This document shows, piece after piece, positions 39,370 to 51,729 of a stretch of DNA of 64,000 nucleotides. The DNA comes from the human T2T-CHM13v2.0 reference genome, Homo sapiens. The DNA lies in the NCBI RefSeq assembly GCF_009914755.1, contig NC_060928.1, one strand, 5' to 3'. Within the stretch, counting starts at the first letter, position 1. Each line of letters begins with the position of its first letter. The translations under genes and the position numbers were made by a program. The notes under the pieces were generated by a model that ran no database searches, had not been told where the DNA came from, and saw nothing but the letters and a program-made list of their open reading frames with translations.

Positions 39370-39870
39370 ATTAATACAGATGCCTTTGGCTTCAGGAAAC
39401 AGAAGACTTCAACTTAGTAATTTAAGCAATAACAAACAGTTAAGTAGGATGTTAAGTAGAGCATAAATACCTAAATTAGTATTTAGGTTCCTTTCATCTT
39501 TTTTTTCCACCAACCGTAGCATATCTGCTTTTTCCTTGGCTGGCTCTCTTCCTGGTTACAAGATGACTTCCAGAGTTCCAGAGTTTTTTTTTATCAAACA
39601 GATGTGACAGTGTCCAGGGGAAGAAGACTGTCTCTTCTTCATTACTCTTTTACTAATAACAAAGTCTCCCCATATTTCCTCTTATACTTCATTAAATAGA
39701 ATTGAGTTGTATGCTCATACTCATCCCTCACAAGAAGAATGGACCACCAGAACTGGCTACAATCACTTTGGAGTTGGGAATGGGTGCAAATAAACGATGT
39801 ATAAACATCTTTACAAAAGTGGGATTTAGGTTGTTAGAGAAAAAAAAGGAAACTTGCTGTAGGGCAGTTG
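39370..39870 (-). mobile_element. Old MLT1 (K/L-like) MaLR LTR
   Basis: gatgcctttggcttcaggaaacagaagac...ctggttacaagatgacttccagagttccag...ttgctgtagggcagttg. Confidence 0.55.
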
Positions 39871-42129
39871 ATTATAGAAAATAATTTTGAAGCAATAAAA
39901 GAGTTGTTGCCCAAAGGTAGGTAAGATCCTGCTGTAAGAAATTTCCAGTTTAGAAAGGCAATTATCCACTTTAAAAATTATGTCTTAATGATCTGTGGAA
40001 AAAGTAAGATATGAACATTAATTTATCTTATAATTATAATACAGTTTTTAAAATTTGCCTAGAAAAAAGGATTAGAAAGAAATAGACTATAATAGTAGTT
40101 GTGTTGGGTGGTTTGATGTGGGGTGATTTTTTGGTCTTTTCTTCGTTTTTCAAAGTTTCATGTGATTATATTACCTCATACTGACATATAGAGAGAGATG
40201 TGTATGTAATTTTTAAAGTCATAAACTTATTATTTCTGGTTTTGTTTCTTTATACTTTTAACCCCATTGAACAGAATGAGGTTAACAAATATAAATAGCA
40301 TTTATTATAAAAATATAAACAGTATTTATATTTTTAGAGTCAGGAAAGAGACTCGGAAGCAGGGACTTTTAAAAAGATTTTATTTCTCAATTGCTTAAAA
40401 ACTTCAGACATCCCCTTCCATCCCTCCGTGAATAATGAAAATTAGTTTCCGTCTCCCACACCTTTTTTAAAAAATTAAAGCTATATCCCTATATAAATGC
40501 GACCCAAGACTTTCTTCTACCATCCTCTCAAAGTCTTCTGAGATATCATAATGGCAGCCTTGGGTGCTGACACTGTATTTATGGTCAATATCTGACTAAA
40601 TCCATGACAATCATGTTTAAGTGTAACTTTTGATTTTTGTGCAAGGCTTTATTTGGAGCAAAGCAAATATCTTAATTTGGGATGCTATAACAAAATACCA
40701 AAGACTGGGTGAATTAAATAACCAAGATTTAATTCTCACACTTCTCAAAATATGGGCAGATTTGATGACTAGTGAGAGTCCTCTTCCTGGTTTGTCGACA
40801 GCCATCTTCTTGCTGATTCCTCATATGGCAGAGAGAGAGATTATCTCTCTCGAGTTTCTTCTTATAAGGGTACTAAACCCACCACGTGGGCTCCACCCTG
40901 GTGATCTAGTTACCTCCCCAAATTCCCACCTCCAAATACAGTATTCCCGCATTTGTCTGCAGTTTTACTTTCCGAGGTTTCAGTTACCTTCAGTCAACTG
41001 CAGTCCAAGAATATTAAATGAAAAATTCCAGAAATAAACATTCACATAACTTTTATTACAGTAGAGTTGACCGTTGAACAACACAGCTTTGAACTGCACA
41101 GGTCCACCTATATGCAAACTTTTTTCAGTAAGTATATTGAAAAAATGTTTTAAGATTTGAGACTATTTGAAAAAACTTGCAAACTGCATAGCCTAGAAAT
41201 ATTTTTAAAAATTAAGAAAAATATAGGTATGTCATGAATGCATAAAATATATGTAGGTAGTAGTCTGTTTTCTCATTTACTACCATAAAATATATAAAAA
41301 TCTGTTATAAAAAGTTAAAATTTATCAAAACACACAAACAGAATACTGTATATGGCACCATTTACAGTCAAGAGAAATGTAAACAAGCATAAATCATAAC
41401 TGCATAAAATTAACTGTAGTAATACCACACTACCATAATAATTTTGTAGCTGTCTCCTGTTACTATTGTGATGAACACAAGTGTTAAGAGTATCTGCTTA
41501 AAATGCCTTGTGATGCTAATCATCTCCACGTGAGCAGTTCCTCTCTCCAGTAAATTGTGTATCACAGTAAAAAGTGATCTTCTGTGGTTCTTGTGTATTT
41601 TCCACTGTATGTAGTGCAATATCATAAACCTTGCATAACACCATGGGACCCATACAAAGTGCCACTAGTGATGCTGGAAGTGCTCCCAAGAGGCAGAGAA
41701 AAGCCATAACATTACAAGAAAAAGCTGATTGCTTGATATGTACTGCAGATTGAGGTCAGGAGTTGCAGTTGCCCACCATTTTAAGATAAATGAATCCAGT
41801 GTAAGGATCATTGTGGGAAAAAAAAAAAAAAGAAAGAAAGAAAGAAAAGAAAATGTGTGAAGCCATAGCGGCAGCTATTCCAACAGGCACAAAAACTTTG
41901 CATTTTTGCAAAAATCTTTTTCTCTCATATTGAAAATGCAGCTTTTATGTGGATTCATGATTGCTATAAAAAGGCATACCTATAGACTCTGATGTAATCT
42001 GAGAAAAACAAAGTTATCATGTAACAACTTAAAAAAAAGGAAGAAGAAGGATCTAAAGCTGGAAAGTTTAATACCAGTAAGGGATGGTTTGATAATTTTA
42101 GAAAGAGGTTTGGCTTTAAAAATGTCCAG

Positions 42130-42275
42130 GTAAGGTGCTGTGAAATGCACTTGTAGTCCCACCTACTCAAGAAGTTTGTGTCCGGAGGATCTCGAGCTTA
42201 GGAGTTCTAGGCCAGCCTAAACAACACAGGGAGACTCCACCTCTAAATACCAACAACAACAACAACAACAACAAA
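42130..42275 (+). mobile_element. FLAM_A-like Alu monomer with (CAA)n tail, inside Tigger2
   Basis: cttgtagtcccacctactcaagaag...ggaggatc...aggagttctaggccagcct...gagactccacctct, then caacaacaac. Confidence 0.8.
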
Positions 42276-43012
42276 AACTGTGAAGATAACAGGAAGAGCA
42301 GCTTCTGCCAACCAAAAGGCAGCAGAAGAGTTCTCAAACACCATGAAGGAAATCATTACGGAGAAAGGATATCTGCCTGAACAGGTCTTTAACGTAGACA
42401 AAAGTGCCCTATTCTGGAAAAAAAAAAAAAATGCCACAAAGGAAATTTATTAATAGGAAGGACAAGCGAGCACCAGGATTTAAAGCAGGAAGGATAGGAT
42501 AACTTTACTATTTTGTGAAAATGCAGTCCATTTTATGATCAGGGATGCCCTTATCTATAAAGCCACTAAAACTGTGAGCTTTGAAGGGAAAAGATAAACA
42601 TCTGCTGCCAGTCTTTTGGTTGTACAACAAGAAGGCCTGGACAATAAGAACACTTTTTCTGAATGGGTTCCATCAATGCTTTGTCTCTGAAGTCAGAAAG
42701 TACCCTGCCAGTAACCTTTTAATGTTTGCTATTGGACAATGCCCCAGGCCACCCAGAACCCCATAGGTTCTTCTTTGCTTCAACACCAAAGTTGCCAAAA
42801 TGGTCTACTTGCCCCCAAGCACAATGTGTCTAATTCAGCATCTAGAGCAGGGGGTCAAAAGGACCTTTAAAGGTCATTACACATTACTGTAGGGAAAGGA
42901 TAGTCAATGCCATGGAAGAGAACCCCGATAGAAAGCATATCATGAAAATCCAAAAGGATTACACCATTGAAGGTGTCATCATTATTATAGAAAAAACTAT
43001 GAAAGCCATTAA

Positions 43013-43142
43013 CCCATTTATGACTGAGGTTGCAATTTTTTGAATTTTTGCAATCAGACCTTGGTGATGACCTTGAGTAATAGGATATAAATAACTCCCA
43101 CATGCTTAGGGTTCCAATAATGGAACACTAGGCATAAATGAG
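43013..43142 (-). mobile_element. MER85 (piggyBac/PGBD3-derived MITE) inside Tigger2
   Basis: TTAA|cccatttatgactgaggttgcaattttttgaatttttgcaatcagacc...gttccaataatggaacactaggcataaatgag(t)|TTAA. Confidence 0.92.
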
Positions 43143-44899
43143 TTTAAGCATGAAAAAAATTAATTCCTACTGGAGAAATGGTGTTGATATTTGTACAATT
43201 TATGATGGAGTCAATCAAGGAAATCATGAAAGAGATTGTGGATATGGCAAAAAAAAAAAAAGGTAGAAGATGAAAGGTTTTAGGATATGGGTTTTGGATG
43301 AATTCAAGCTCTAATGGACACCACACCAGAGGAAGAAACAGAAGAAAACTTGATGGAGATGAGTGCTCCTGAACCACTGCCAGACTGTGAGGAAGATGTA
43401 GAAGAAGCAGTGTCAGAAAACAAGTTGACATTAAACAAGCTGGCAGGAGGGTTCCAATTATTCAAGATTGCTTTTGACTTATTTTATAACATGGATCATT
43501 TGATACAAGCACTGAAACTAGAGCAAATGGTAGAAGAAGGATTGGTACCACCAGAAACATTTTTCAAGAAACGGAACAGCAAAAATGTCATATAGAAATT
43601 ATAAGGTATTTTTGTAAAGCTATACCAAATGTACCTGCCTCCCCTGCCTCCCCTTCCACCTTCTCCACATATTCCACCTCTGCCACCCCTGAGACAGCAA
43701 GCCAAACCCTCCTCTTCCTCCTCCTCCTCACGCTACTAAATGTGAAGATGACAAGGATAAAGAATTTTATGATGATCACTTCCACTTAATAAATAGTAAA
43801 TGTATCTTCGCTTCTTTATGATTTTTCTTAATAGCATTTTCTTGTCTCTGGCTTACTTCATTGTAAGAATACTGTATGTAATACAAGTAACATACAAAAT
43901 ATCTGTTAATTGACTGTTTATGTTATCGGTAAGGCTTCTGGTCAACAGTAAGTTATTAGTAGTTAAGTGAGGTCAAAACTGCACAGGCGGGAGGGGGAAA
44001 TCAGTGGTCCTTAATCCTGAATTGTTCAAAGGTCCACTGTATATTGTTATAATTGTTCTATTGTGTTATTATCTATTGTTGTTAATCTCTTGCTATGCCT
44101 AATTTATAAATTAAACTTTATCTTAGGTATATATGTATGGGAAAAAAACATAGTAGATATAGGGTTCAGTTCTATGCACAGTTTCAGGCACGCACTGGAG
44201 GTCTTGGAACATATCCTCTATGGAAAAGAGGGAATTACTGTACCATCACACCAGGGATTAGAAGTTCAATATAGGAATTTCAGGTGGGAGAGGACATGAA
44301 CATTCAGTTTGTATCAGTGAATGTTTTGGGTTTTTTATGACTGCATCTTTTTCCTTCTCTCTTAGGTTTAAGCCATGCTTTTCCTTTTTCTAAGCTCCTC
44401 CATCATCATATCTACATGTTCACCATGTCCACGTCCATGACAGAATTCACTGTTGGGTTCCTTCCTCAGACTGCCATTTGTACATGCTTCCCATTGTTTC
44501 CTTTTATACATCTAAAATCATGTTGGAGCTCTAGGGAAGAAAATGCCTTTTCAGATGTGACCAGAAGAGGGGTTCCATCTACAGAAAGGACTCTCCTGCC
44601 AGGAGAAAAAACTTATTTCTTGGGTATGTTTTAATCTTTTAGTGGTATTTGTGCCTTAACTGAACCATATGAGATTAAATTTTTTTGTCACATAGAGGGG
44701 GGAAATGGTTGTTAGATTAATTTTCCATTCCATTTTTGGCAGTAGGCACTTAGCCTCCTCCCCCATCAGGAAGGAAGTTTGTGGGTGCACCATAATTTCT
44801 TGTGGTGTTAAGCAGCCAGAGATGGTCCAAGTTTGAAAGCAACTGTTCGTGCAGACCTGAGTGCTTCTTTACTTGGTCTCCAGGACACCGCTCTTTCTT

Positions 44900-45697
44900 G
44901 GCAATGATTAGCCACTTCTACAAAGCTGCTTTTGCTGGTTCCTCTTCATGTTCCCAACCTCTAAATATGGGAATACTTGAGATTTCAGTCCTTTAATCTC
45001 TTCTCTATTGAATCTACATAATACCATCTCTCTGATATCATCCTCTCTTCCTGACTTTAAATATCACCTGTAAGCTGATGCTTCCAAATTTCTACCTCAG
45101 TCTGAAACACTTTTAAACTCCAGATATCTATCTCCTCTTGTATGTCTAATAAACATATAAAACTTAACATGTCCAAAACTGAGCTCTCTGTTTCCCTCCC
45201 TAAATGTGCTCTCCTTAAAATTTTTCTCCATCTCAATAAATGATAACTTCACTCTTCCAGTTGTTCAAGCAAAAGCCTTGAGGTCATCTTTGAATCATCC
45301 CTATCACATTCAACATGCAATCCATCAGCCAATCCTTCTTGCCTTTACTTTTAATATCTATTTAGAACCTGTCCACTTCTTATCACCTCTACCATCACCT
45401 TATGACAAGCTACATCATCTCTTCCCTGGATTATCAGAATGGCCTCCTGACTGGTCTCTATGATTTTCTCCCTTACCTCCTATAGCATATTCTCTACAAA
45501 AGGAACTATCCCTTTAAAATGTTTCACGTCATATCACTTCTCTGTTTACAACCCTCAAAAATGTCCCATCTCACTTATGAAAATAAACTCCAACATCCTT
45601 TTCATTGTACTATGACCTAAAGGGCCCTATGTGATCTGTCCACCTGCTATTATTCCTATTAATTCTGCTAGTCCTCTCCTCACTTAACCCACTCCAG
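44900..45697 (+). mobile_element. L2 (L2a-like) fragment
   Basis: gactttaaatatcacctgtaagctgatg...aacttaacatgtccaaaactgagctc...cttccagttgttcaagcaaaagcc. Confidence 0.85.
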
Positions 45698-45698
45698 T

Positions 45699-45963
45699 TA
45701 GGGTTGACTTACCCTTTAGGCAGTTGGCATAGTGCCGAAGGTCTGAGCCTTGCTTTTAGGAGCCCACAAAAACGTTTAACTTCTTTTAAAAAACAGAAGA
45801 AAAAATTCTAGGTTAAAAAACTATATTTTAACATACAGTGTTAATTATTTGTCTTTATATCAACACAGTCATAAAATATAATTTTTAGTATTGTTTCAAT
45901 GAAGGAAAGGACCCACAAAGACAAAGGCATCCTAGGGTACACGAAAATCCTAAGAGGCCCCTG
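45699..45963. mobile_element. ORSL-like hAT-Tip100 MITE
   Basis: agggttgacttaccc...ttttaggagcccacaaaaacg...ctttatatcaacacagtcataaaatataattt...gaggcccctg. Confidence 0.7.
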
Positions 45964-47171
45964 GGAAGTTTGGGCTGAGCTGGGAAAGTCTGACTATTTA
46001 ATATAGTGGGCTAAGTAACTGCTCCCTGCTTCTTGATTTTGTGTCTCCCATTGGATCCTGTTTTTCATTGTTCAGCAACTGCTTTTCTTCCTTGTGCTCA
46101 GCTCTTTGAACTTTGCTTCATACAAAGAGTGAGGGCCTGCTATCAACTGAATGGAATCCCACCTTGAGGTCTCTCCCCACGGCCCATCACACCTTCCTTA
46201 AGGATCTCCACTGACCTCCTGGGTACAGTGAGACAAGGCAAAAGGAAATTACCCTAAAGGAAACAAAGAGGTGAGACCATCAGACATGGAGCTGAGCCCA
46301 GCTGGTTGCCTATTTAGCTCTGAAAATCAAAATAACAACAAAAAACCTTCTTACTATTATATGTGGCCAAATTCCTTTAATTAAGAAAACAGATCTTATA
46401 TTTTCAACCTTAACATTTATATGACTTTTTTTTTGGCCTTTTCTTTTATAAAGCTTTCCTATCCCCTTGTATCTCAATGAAGATGAAAGATTCACCTGTA
46501 ATTTTCTCCTCCAATAATTACAGCTTTCAAATATCAGTAAGTTATAGGTTATTGCTATTATGACCTGAAAATTACTTATAAATCTAGCCAGGCCAGTACC
46601 TTTATAAGAGATCAGAGAAATAGCTAAAAACATCCTCTCTGGAATTAAGAAGAAATATTCTGGTAGGAAACTCTAAGATTAGTCATAAATTGGTCTTGCA
46701 AAATCAGTGTTATTGTAATAAGCATATATGAAAATTTACCCATGATGCATAGTCTCAATCCTAATTTAACTTGTCCTAATTTAACTAATCCTAAAATAAC
46801 TAATTTTACTTCCATTTTTATTATGTGTAAAAATAAGTTCTTTCTATAATGTTTTGTACTATTGGCCTACTTGCTTGCTTGCTTTTCCATGCATTGCAAT
46901 ATTTGGGAATGGATTACAAAAGATGCTTGGATAAGTAGCACTGAAAGCTGTTAAAAACAGAACATCAATTCCGGAGTATGTTTCTATTTGGATGCACATG
47001 AATGAAATAATTGAACTCTCAAAGTTCTTTTCATGCCCTTAATTCAATGAAGCAATTCCTGAAGCAACACATTCACATTTCGTAGCCGATTTACATGTTT
47101 CCTTTTGCTAGCCTTCTCTTTTGGACTAAGTTTTCTCCTTACTAATGTCAGTTCAAACTGGTGAGACTTCA

Positions 47172-47295
47172 GACAAGTGGTTTCTCAATCCTGATGGCAC
47201 AATAGAGTGATGTGGGGAACTTTAGAAAAGTTCTGATGATCCAGCCCTGCCCCTAGAGACTGTGATTCAATATTTTGAGTGTATATGAACCACTT
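47172..47295. mobile_element. MER5-like hAT fragment
   Basis: agtggtttctcaatcctg...ggggaactttagaaaa...ccctgcccctagagactgtgattcaa. Confidence 0.55.
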
Positions 47296-49418
47296 GGTTA
47301 TTTGGTTACTGTGTCATCAAAGCAGGTTAAAAACGAGGGGAAAAGCCATTTTTTCTTCAGCCTGGCTATCTTGACAACTAACAAATTAGTTTTTACCCCC
47401 AAAAGAAAAGAAAAGTGAGACCAAAGATATTTTTACTTTTAGTAAATAAAGTGCATCAATTCTCAAAAGGTGCTTGGCCCTTTAAATGGCACGGCAATGC
47501 ATAAAAAGACAGTTGGGTGAGGCTACATGCCCTTCATATCCATTTCAACACCTACCTCGGGTCCCAAAATAAATATTTTTAATATTGTCTCATTCTGGAC
47601 TGTTCCAACATGCACTATATCAGCTTGTCTGCATATTCTAATGTAACCGCGAACAAGTTTCCAGCAGCTCATGTATTTTCAACAGACATTAATTCCTCAT
47701 TGCATATATTCCACCTTTGAAAATTACACCAGCAAAAGATTGCAAGATGTAGTACTGACCAGCACAGTATTCATGAGGGGTGAAGATCCAATCTATGGTA
47801 GGGAAAATACTGCAGTTTTCCACACAGTAATTACAGCTAAACTCAATTATACGAGCTAAACCCAATCCTGTTCCCTGGTTTCTTCCTGGTTTCCAAGGAT
47901 GTGGTGTGATATACCTTAGGGCCATTTGTCAGGGATCCTCAGGGTTGTTGGTGGATATGGCTATTTTCCTTCTTTCATTTATCTCAAAGAAGTAGATGAG
48001 GCAGAGGAATGAGGGAGGGGCTGCTTTTTAGTACATTGTATTCTTCCTCCAGTTCTGCTAACAGGAAGGTTGAACGCAGCCCTGCAGGAAATTCTCCTTT
48101 TGCCACTAAGCCCTTCTAGGGTCAAGGGTGAGAAGACAAGGGATCAGTATCACTAACCCCTATCTGTGCTGCCTCGGTCAACCTTCTGTTTCTGGGTTTC
48201 CACACAGAATTCTATAGCATTAAGAGTCTTTCTCACCCAAATAAGGACATTTTTAAGGTTGGTTTAGTCTGGGTGGAACACAGAGAGAAAAAAATTGAGT
48301 TAAAAAATAAAATAAAATAACCTCCATAAAATTTTTCTTATGAATCTGGATTTTCAAAATTATACCACAGCATTTTCTCCTTTCAGCATTCTCTTCTCGC
48401 AGTTGGTATAAAATAAGCAACAATATCCTCCTTTGTAGCCTCTCTTCTCTGTGTGTAGCCCTTGGTTTGTGCAGAGGAAGTTTTAACCCTCTATGAGGTG
48501 AATGCCAGGAATCGTTTTAGGATGATTTACCAGAAGTCAGCCAGGAAGCTGACATGGGCCTGTTTGTAAAGGAAGAAGTACAGAGCCAGGGTATTTTGTG
48601 TCACTGTGAGAATGTACATTGACCTTTGTTAGAGAAACAGTTAATATTATTATTCCATTATCACACCTTCAAATGAGAAATTTAACCTCACATTTGTCCA
48701 CTCTTACATCCCTCATGGCACAGTAAAGAGCCTTCTCTGGTTTAGTGCAGAACCACTAACTGTTAAAAAGGTGAATGAAGCTGCTCCCCAGTCCCCGCTT
48801 TCCCTCAGCTTCCTTCGCAAGCACAGACAAGATCAGTGGTTTTGTTATGGTCACCCAGCGACGCGAGCTTGGAACCAAGTATCTTTTTTGGTCCTCATAG
48901 TGTTCATTCATTCCCTAAACTACTCCTTTTTCTTCTGGGAAACAGACATTTTAAATTGTAAGCTACTAGAAGACAGAGACTGTGTATTTTAACCTGTCTG
49001 GTAAAATGCCCAACTCAAAGCAATGGAAAATACCAACCTGGAAGACAAGAACCCCAGAATCTAGGCTTGACTCTGCCACTAACCCTTGCAAGTCATTCTG
49101 CACAATGAAGGAATTGGATTATATGAAATCTAAGGTCCTTTTTGTTATAGCTCTAGGCTTATGCACCTGAGAACTATTCATCAATGACGTGAACTGTCAA
49201 ACACCACTGTGGAGCCTTTCCATCACAGGTACAGCTACCGCCCCACTCTTCCTCCGCCCTGCCCAGCACACACTGCTCAGCTTTGAGAGACTCCAGCTCA
49301 GCTCAGAAACCATAACTGGCCTTATTTTTATTGCCTCTATTCAAGGCTATAGGACTTCATCACTACTATGTGTTTTGGCTATGTTTTCTCACTCGTGAGA
49401 GATGAAAAAACAATTGCC

Positions 49419-49527
49419 AGCCAGGTGCAGTGGCAGTCTCCTGTAATCCCAGCTGTCAGGAGGCTGGGGTGGGATGATTGCTTGGGTTCAGGAATTCGAG
49501 TCCAGTTTGGGCAGAAAAAAAGAAAAA
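49419..49527 (+). mobile_element. FLAM-type Alu monomer (3'-shortened)
   Basis: agccaggtgcagtggc...cctgtaatcccagct...gattgcttgggttcaggaattcgagtccagtttgggca followed by an A-tail. Confidence 0.8.
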
Positions 49528-51476
49528 TGGTCATTTTCTAAATTTACATTCAGAAACTCTAGCAATGGTGTATAGTTCTAGAGAAAAGGGTGTTCTCAAG
49601 GGAAGAGATACAACGGTGTTGTTGTATTTATTCATTCATGTTTTCAGAGCCTTTAAAAGAATAATGTGCTTGTTATTTAAAAGGTTCTGATATTCGGAGA
49701 AAACAAATATCATCAGGGTGCACTGGCTGTACTGGTTTTTGCTCCAAGGGCAGGAAACAGCTTGGCCAACTTGAGAATAAAATATGCTTCTCCTCAGCAG
49801 CTAAGCTTGTTAGCCTCCCCTTCTGATGGGAGGAACAGCATTGCATACATAATGTAGACATGCCAATGCTTGCTCTTTTTCCAGAGATTTTAAATATTTC
49901 TCCCAAGTTTTAATCCCACAAATAGATTCCAAAATAGAAAAAAAGATTATGTTCCAATGTTTCCACCATCTTTGTCCCTCAATTTTTTTTTTTTCCTAGC
50001 AGACATTACCCACGTATACCCTCAGGGAAAGGAAAGCTCTCATCCCATCAACTTTTTGACGCCTCAGGAACCCACTTTTTCCAGAGAAGATTCTAAGTGG
50101 GTCATTTCCCTTTTGTGGCTTCACTACAAATTCCATCCACATACTTACCCCCTATCCTATTTTCAGAATTGAATGGCCAACTCAATTCCATGAGGGCTTG
50201 ATTAGTTCCAGTTAAGGTCACAGTTGTCACTTAAGAGCAGTGGACTTTTTGCCCCCTCAAAGGCTACTTTTTATCCCTACCTCCACCCTTTCCTCCCTTT
50301 TCCTTTTCCCTCTCCTTCTTCTTCAATAGCGCTGTGTTATGAAGGGCCTGGCCACACACAGAGAATATTACAGGAATAAAACCTGGAAAAGAGCACACGG
50401 TTATGAAACATTAAACTTCAACTTCTCTTTATTTTGCTCCCTGAATTCTCCTCCCCCCCCAAGAAAACATGAACCTCGACAGATTTGTGGTTCATGTTAT
50501 CTTCAGCTGTAAAAGCCAGCTGAACCAACAGAGCAGCCCTTCTCTGTTTCCTGCTGCCTAGAGGTTTCAAAAGGGCTACTGTAAAGGAACGGTTACCTCT
50601 TTGGCCTTATGGACAACTTTTTTAGAAGAAACAGATTCAACTAGAATCACCCAGGCTAAGAACTCTGTACATTGTAGAGTTCTGTGCAAATGAAATCAAT
50701 TAATATTGGGAGTTCTTCCATGCCAATTAAAGAAAGGATGGGCAAGGACAGGAAAGTAAAAACAGCGCCTGAATGCTGCTTTTTAAAGAAGTGATTTAAA
50801 AAAAAAAAAAAGTTCAAGGATTTGTCCATTTCTTCAGTGAGGCCCAACATATGAACTTCAGTGGGAATTTGGCCTGAGGATAGATTGCCACATCAGACAT
50901 TGATTCAGTTAAAGCTAACCCATTTAAAGGTGTCACCCATTAATTTATTGACTGCAAATAGGAATTTTGCCCAAGGCCAGAACTCACAATTGGTCCCAGT
51001 TGACCTGAAATGGATTTCCACAAGTGGCTGGGGAAAGGGAGTCTCTTTTTAGAATGTCTCTTCTTTGGTCCACTGTCTCTTTCTTTATCCTCTCTCCCCC
51101 TTTATGACATTAATAACAGAGCACTCAAAGAGCTTCATTAGTCGAAGGCATACAAACAGCTGCTCAAAGGATTTGTGACTGGATTGATCCTAAAGCTGCC
51201 AGTATAGACATTACATGTCAAAAATGACGATGTGAGCTTATCAGCTGCTTTTCAATTTTGACATTATTCTCTTTTCATTCTTGCCCATTTCATGTTATTG
51301 ATTAAGTGTTCATTTAGTAAAAGAAAATACTTTACTCTTACAGAGTGGCTCTTTGCAGTATGTTGAAAGTCTTGGTTTATACATGTTTTCACATAAATAT
51401 AAAATTTTTTTTATTCCTGAAACACATTTTTAACATGCAAGCTACAAAAGAAAGAATATTAAAATAGTATTTTTCT

Positions 51477-51502
51477 AGTATATGTGCTGCCAAGACGAGC
51501 AC
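51477..51502 (-). pseudogene. 3'-truncated (tailless) U6 snRNA retropseudogene, U6 nt 1-26
   Basis: Reverse complement GTGCTCGTCTTGGCAGCACATATACT vs U6 GTGCTCGCTTCGGCAGCACATATACT (23/26). Perfect 17-bp TSD TAAAATAGTATTTTTCT at 51460-51476 and 51503-51519. Confidence 0.9.
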
Positions 51503-51729
51503 TAAAATAGTATTTTTCTGTGTGATGCCATATGTAGCATTCTTAATCAATAGTCTCACCTAGACAGGAAAATGAATACAGTAGTCATTTTATGAAGCTG
51601 CGAAGTGGGCCAATGTTTTGCTAAGATTAAAAAGTGACTCTTCTCTCCAATTTGGGGGCCATTTTTCAAATTTTCTGTGGCATGTAGCTAAATTCAAGCT
51701 GCATACATAAGACCTGGAGACCCAAAGGC

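Larger units (their letters stand above)
41064..44039 (+). mobile_element. Near full-length Tigger2 (pogo-family) DNA transposon with a decayed transposase
   Basis: TIRs gagttgaccgttgaacaa...ttgttcaaaggtccactg with TA TSD. Transposase remnants from ATG near 41643 (EKGYLPEQVFNVDKSALFWKK; MDTTPEE...KLTLNKLAGGF). Confidence 0.93.
40939..44240. mobile_element. MER44 (Tigger7-related) MITE, split by Tigger2 (halves 40939-41063 and 44040-44240)
   Basis: TA|cagtattccc...cacataacttttattacagTA [Tigger2] TAtattgttataattgttctatt...gggaattactg|TA. Confidence 0.88.
40668..44316 (-). mobile_element. MLT1A0-type MaLR LTR, split by MER44 (halves 40668-40938 and 44241-44316)
   Basis: gctataacaaaataccaaagactgggtg...cccacctccaaata | ccatcacaccagggattag...gaacattcagtttgtatca rejoin in consensus order. 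Confidence 0.85.

Noticed and set aside
43314-43595. Acidic 93-aa ORF, possibly a domesticated TIGD-like gene
   Set aside because: It is the C-terminal piece of the Tigger2 transposase. The rest is frameshifted and interrupted by FLAM and MER85.
46755-46810. Short repeated tcctaatttaact units that resemble a repeat-spacer array
   Set aside because: Only 2-3 degenerate AT-rich copies with no real spacers; local slippage. CRISPR is not plausible in this primate context.
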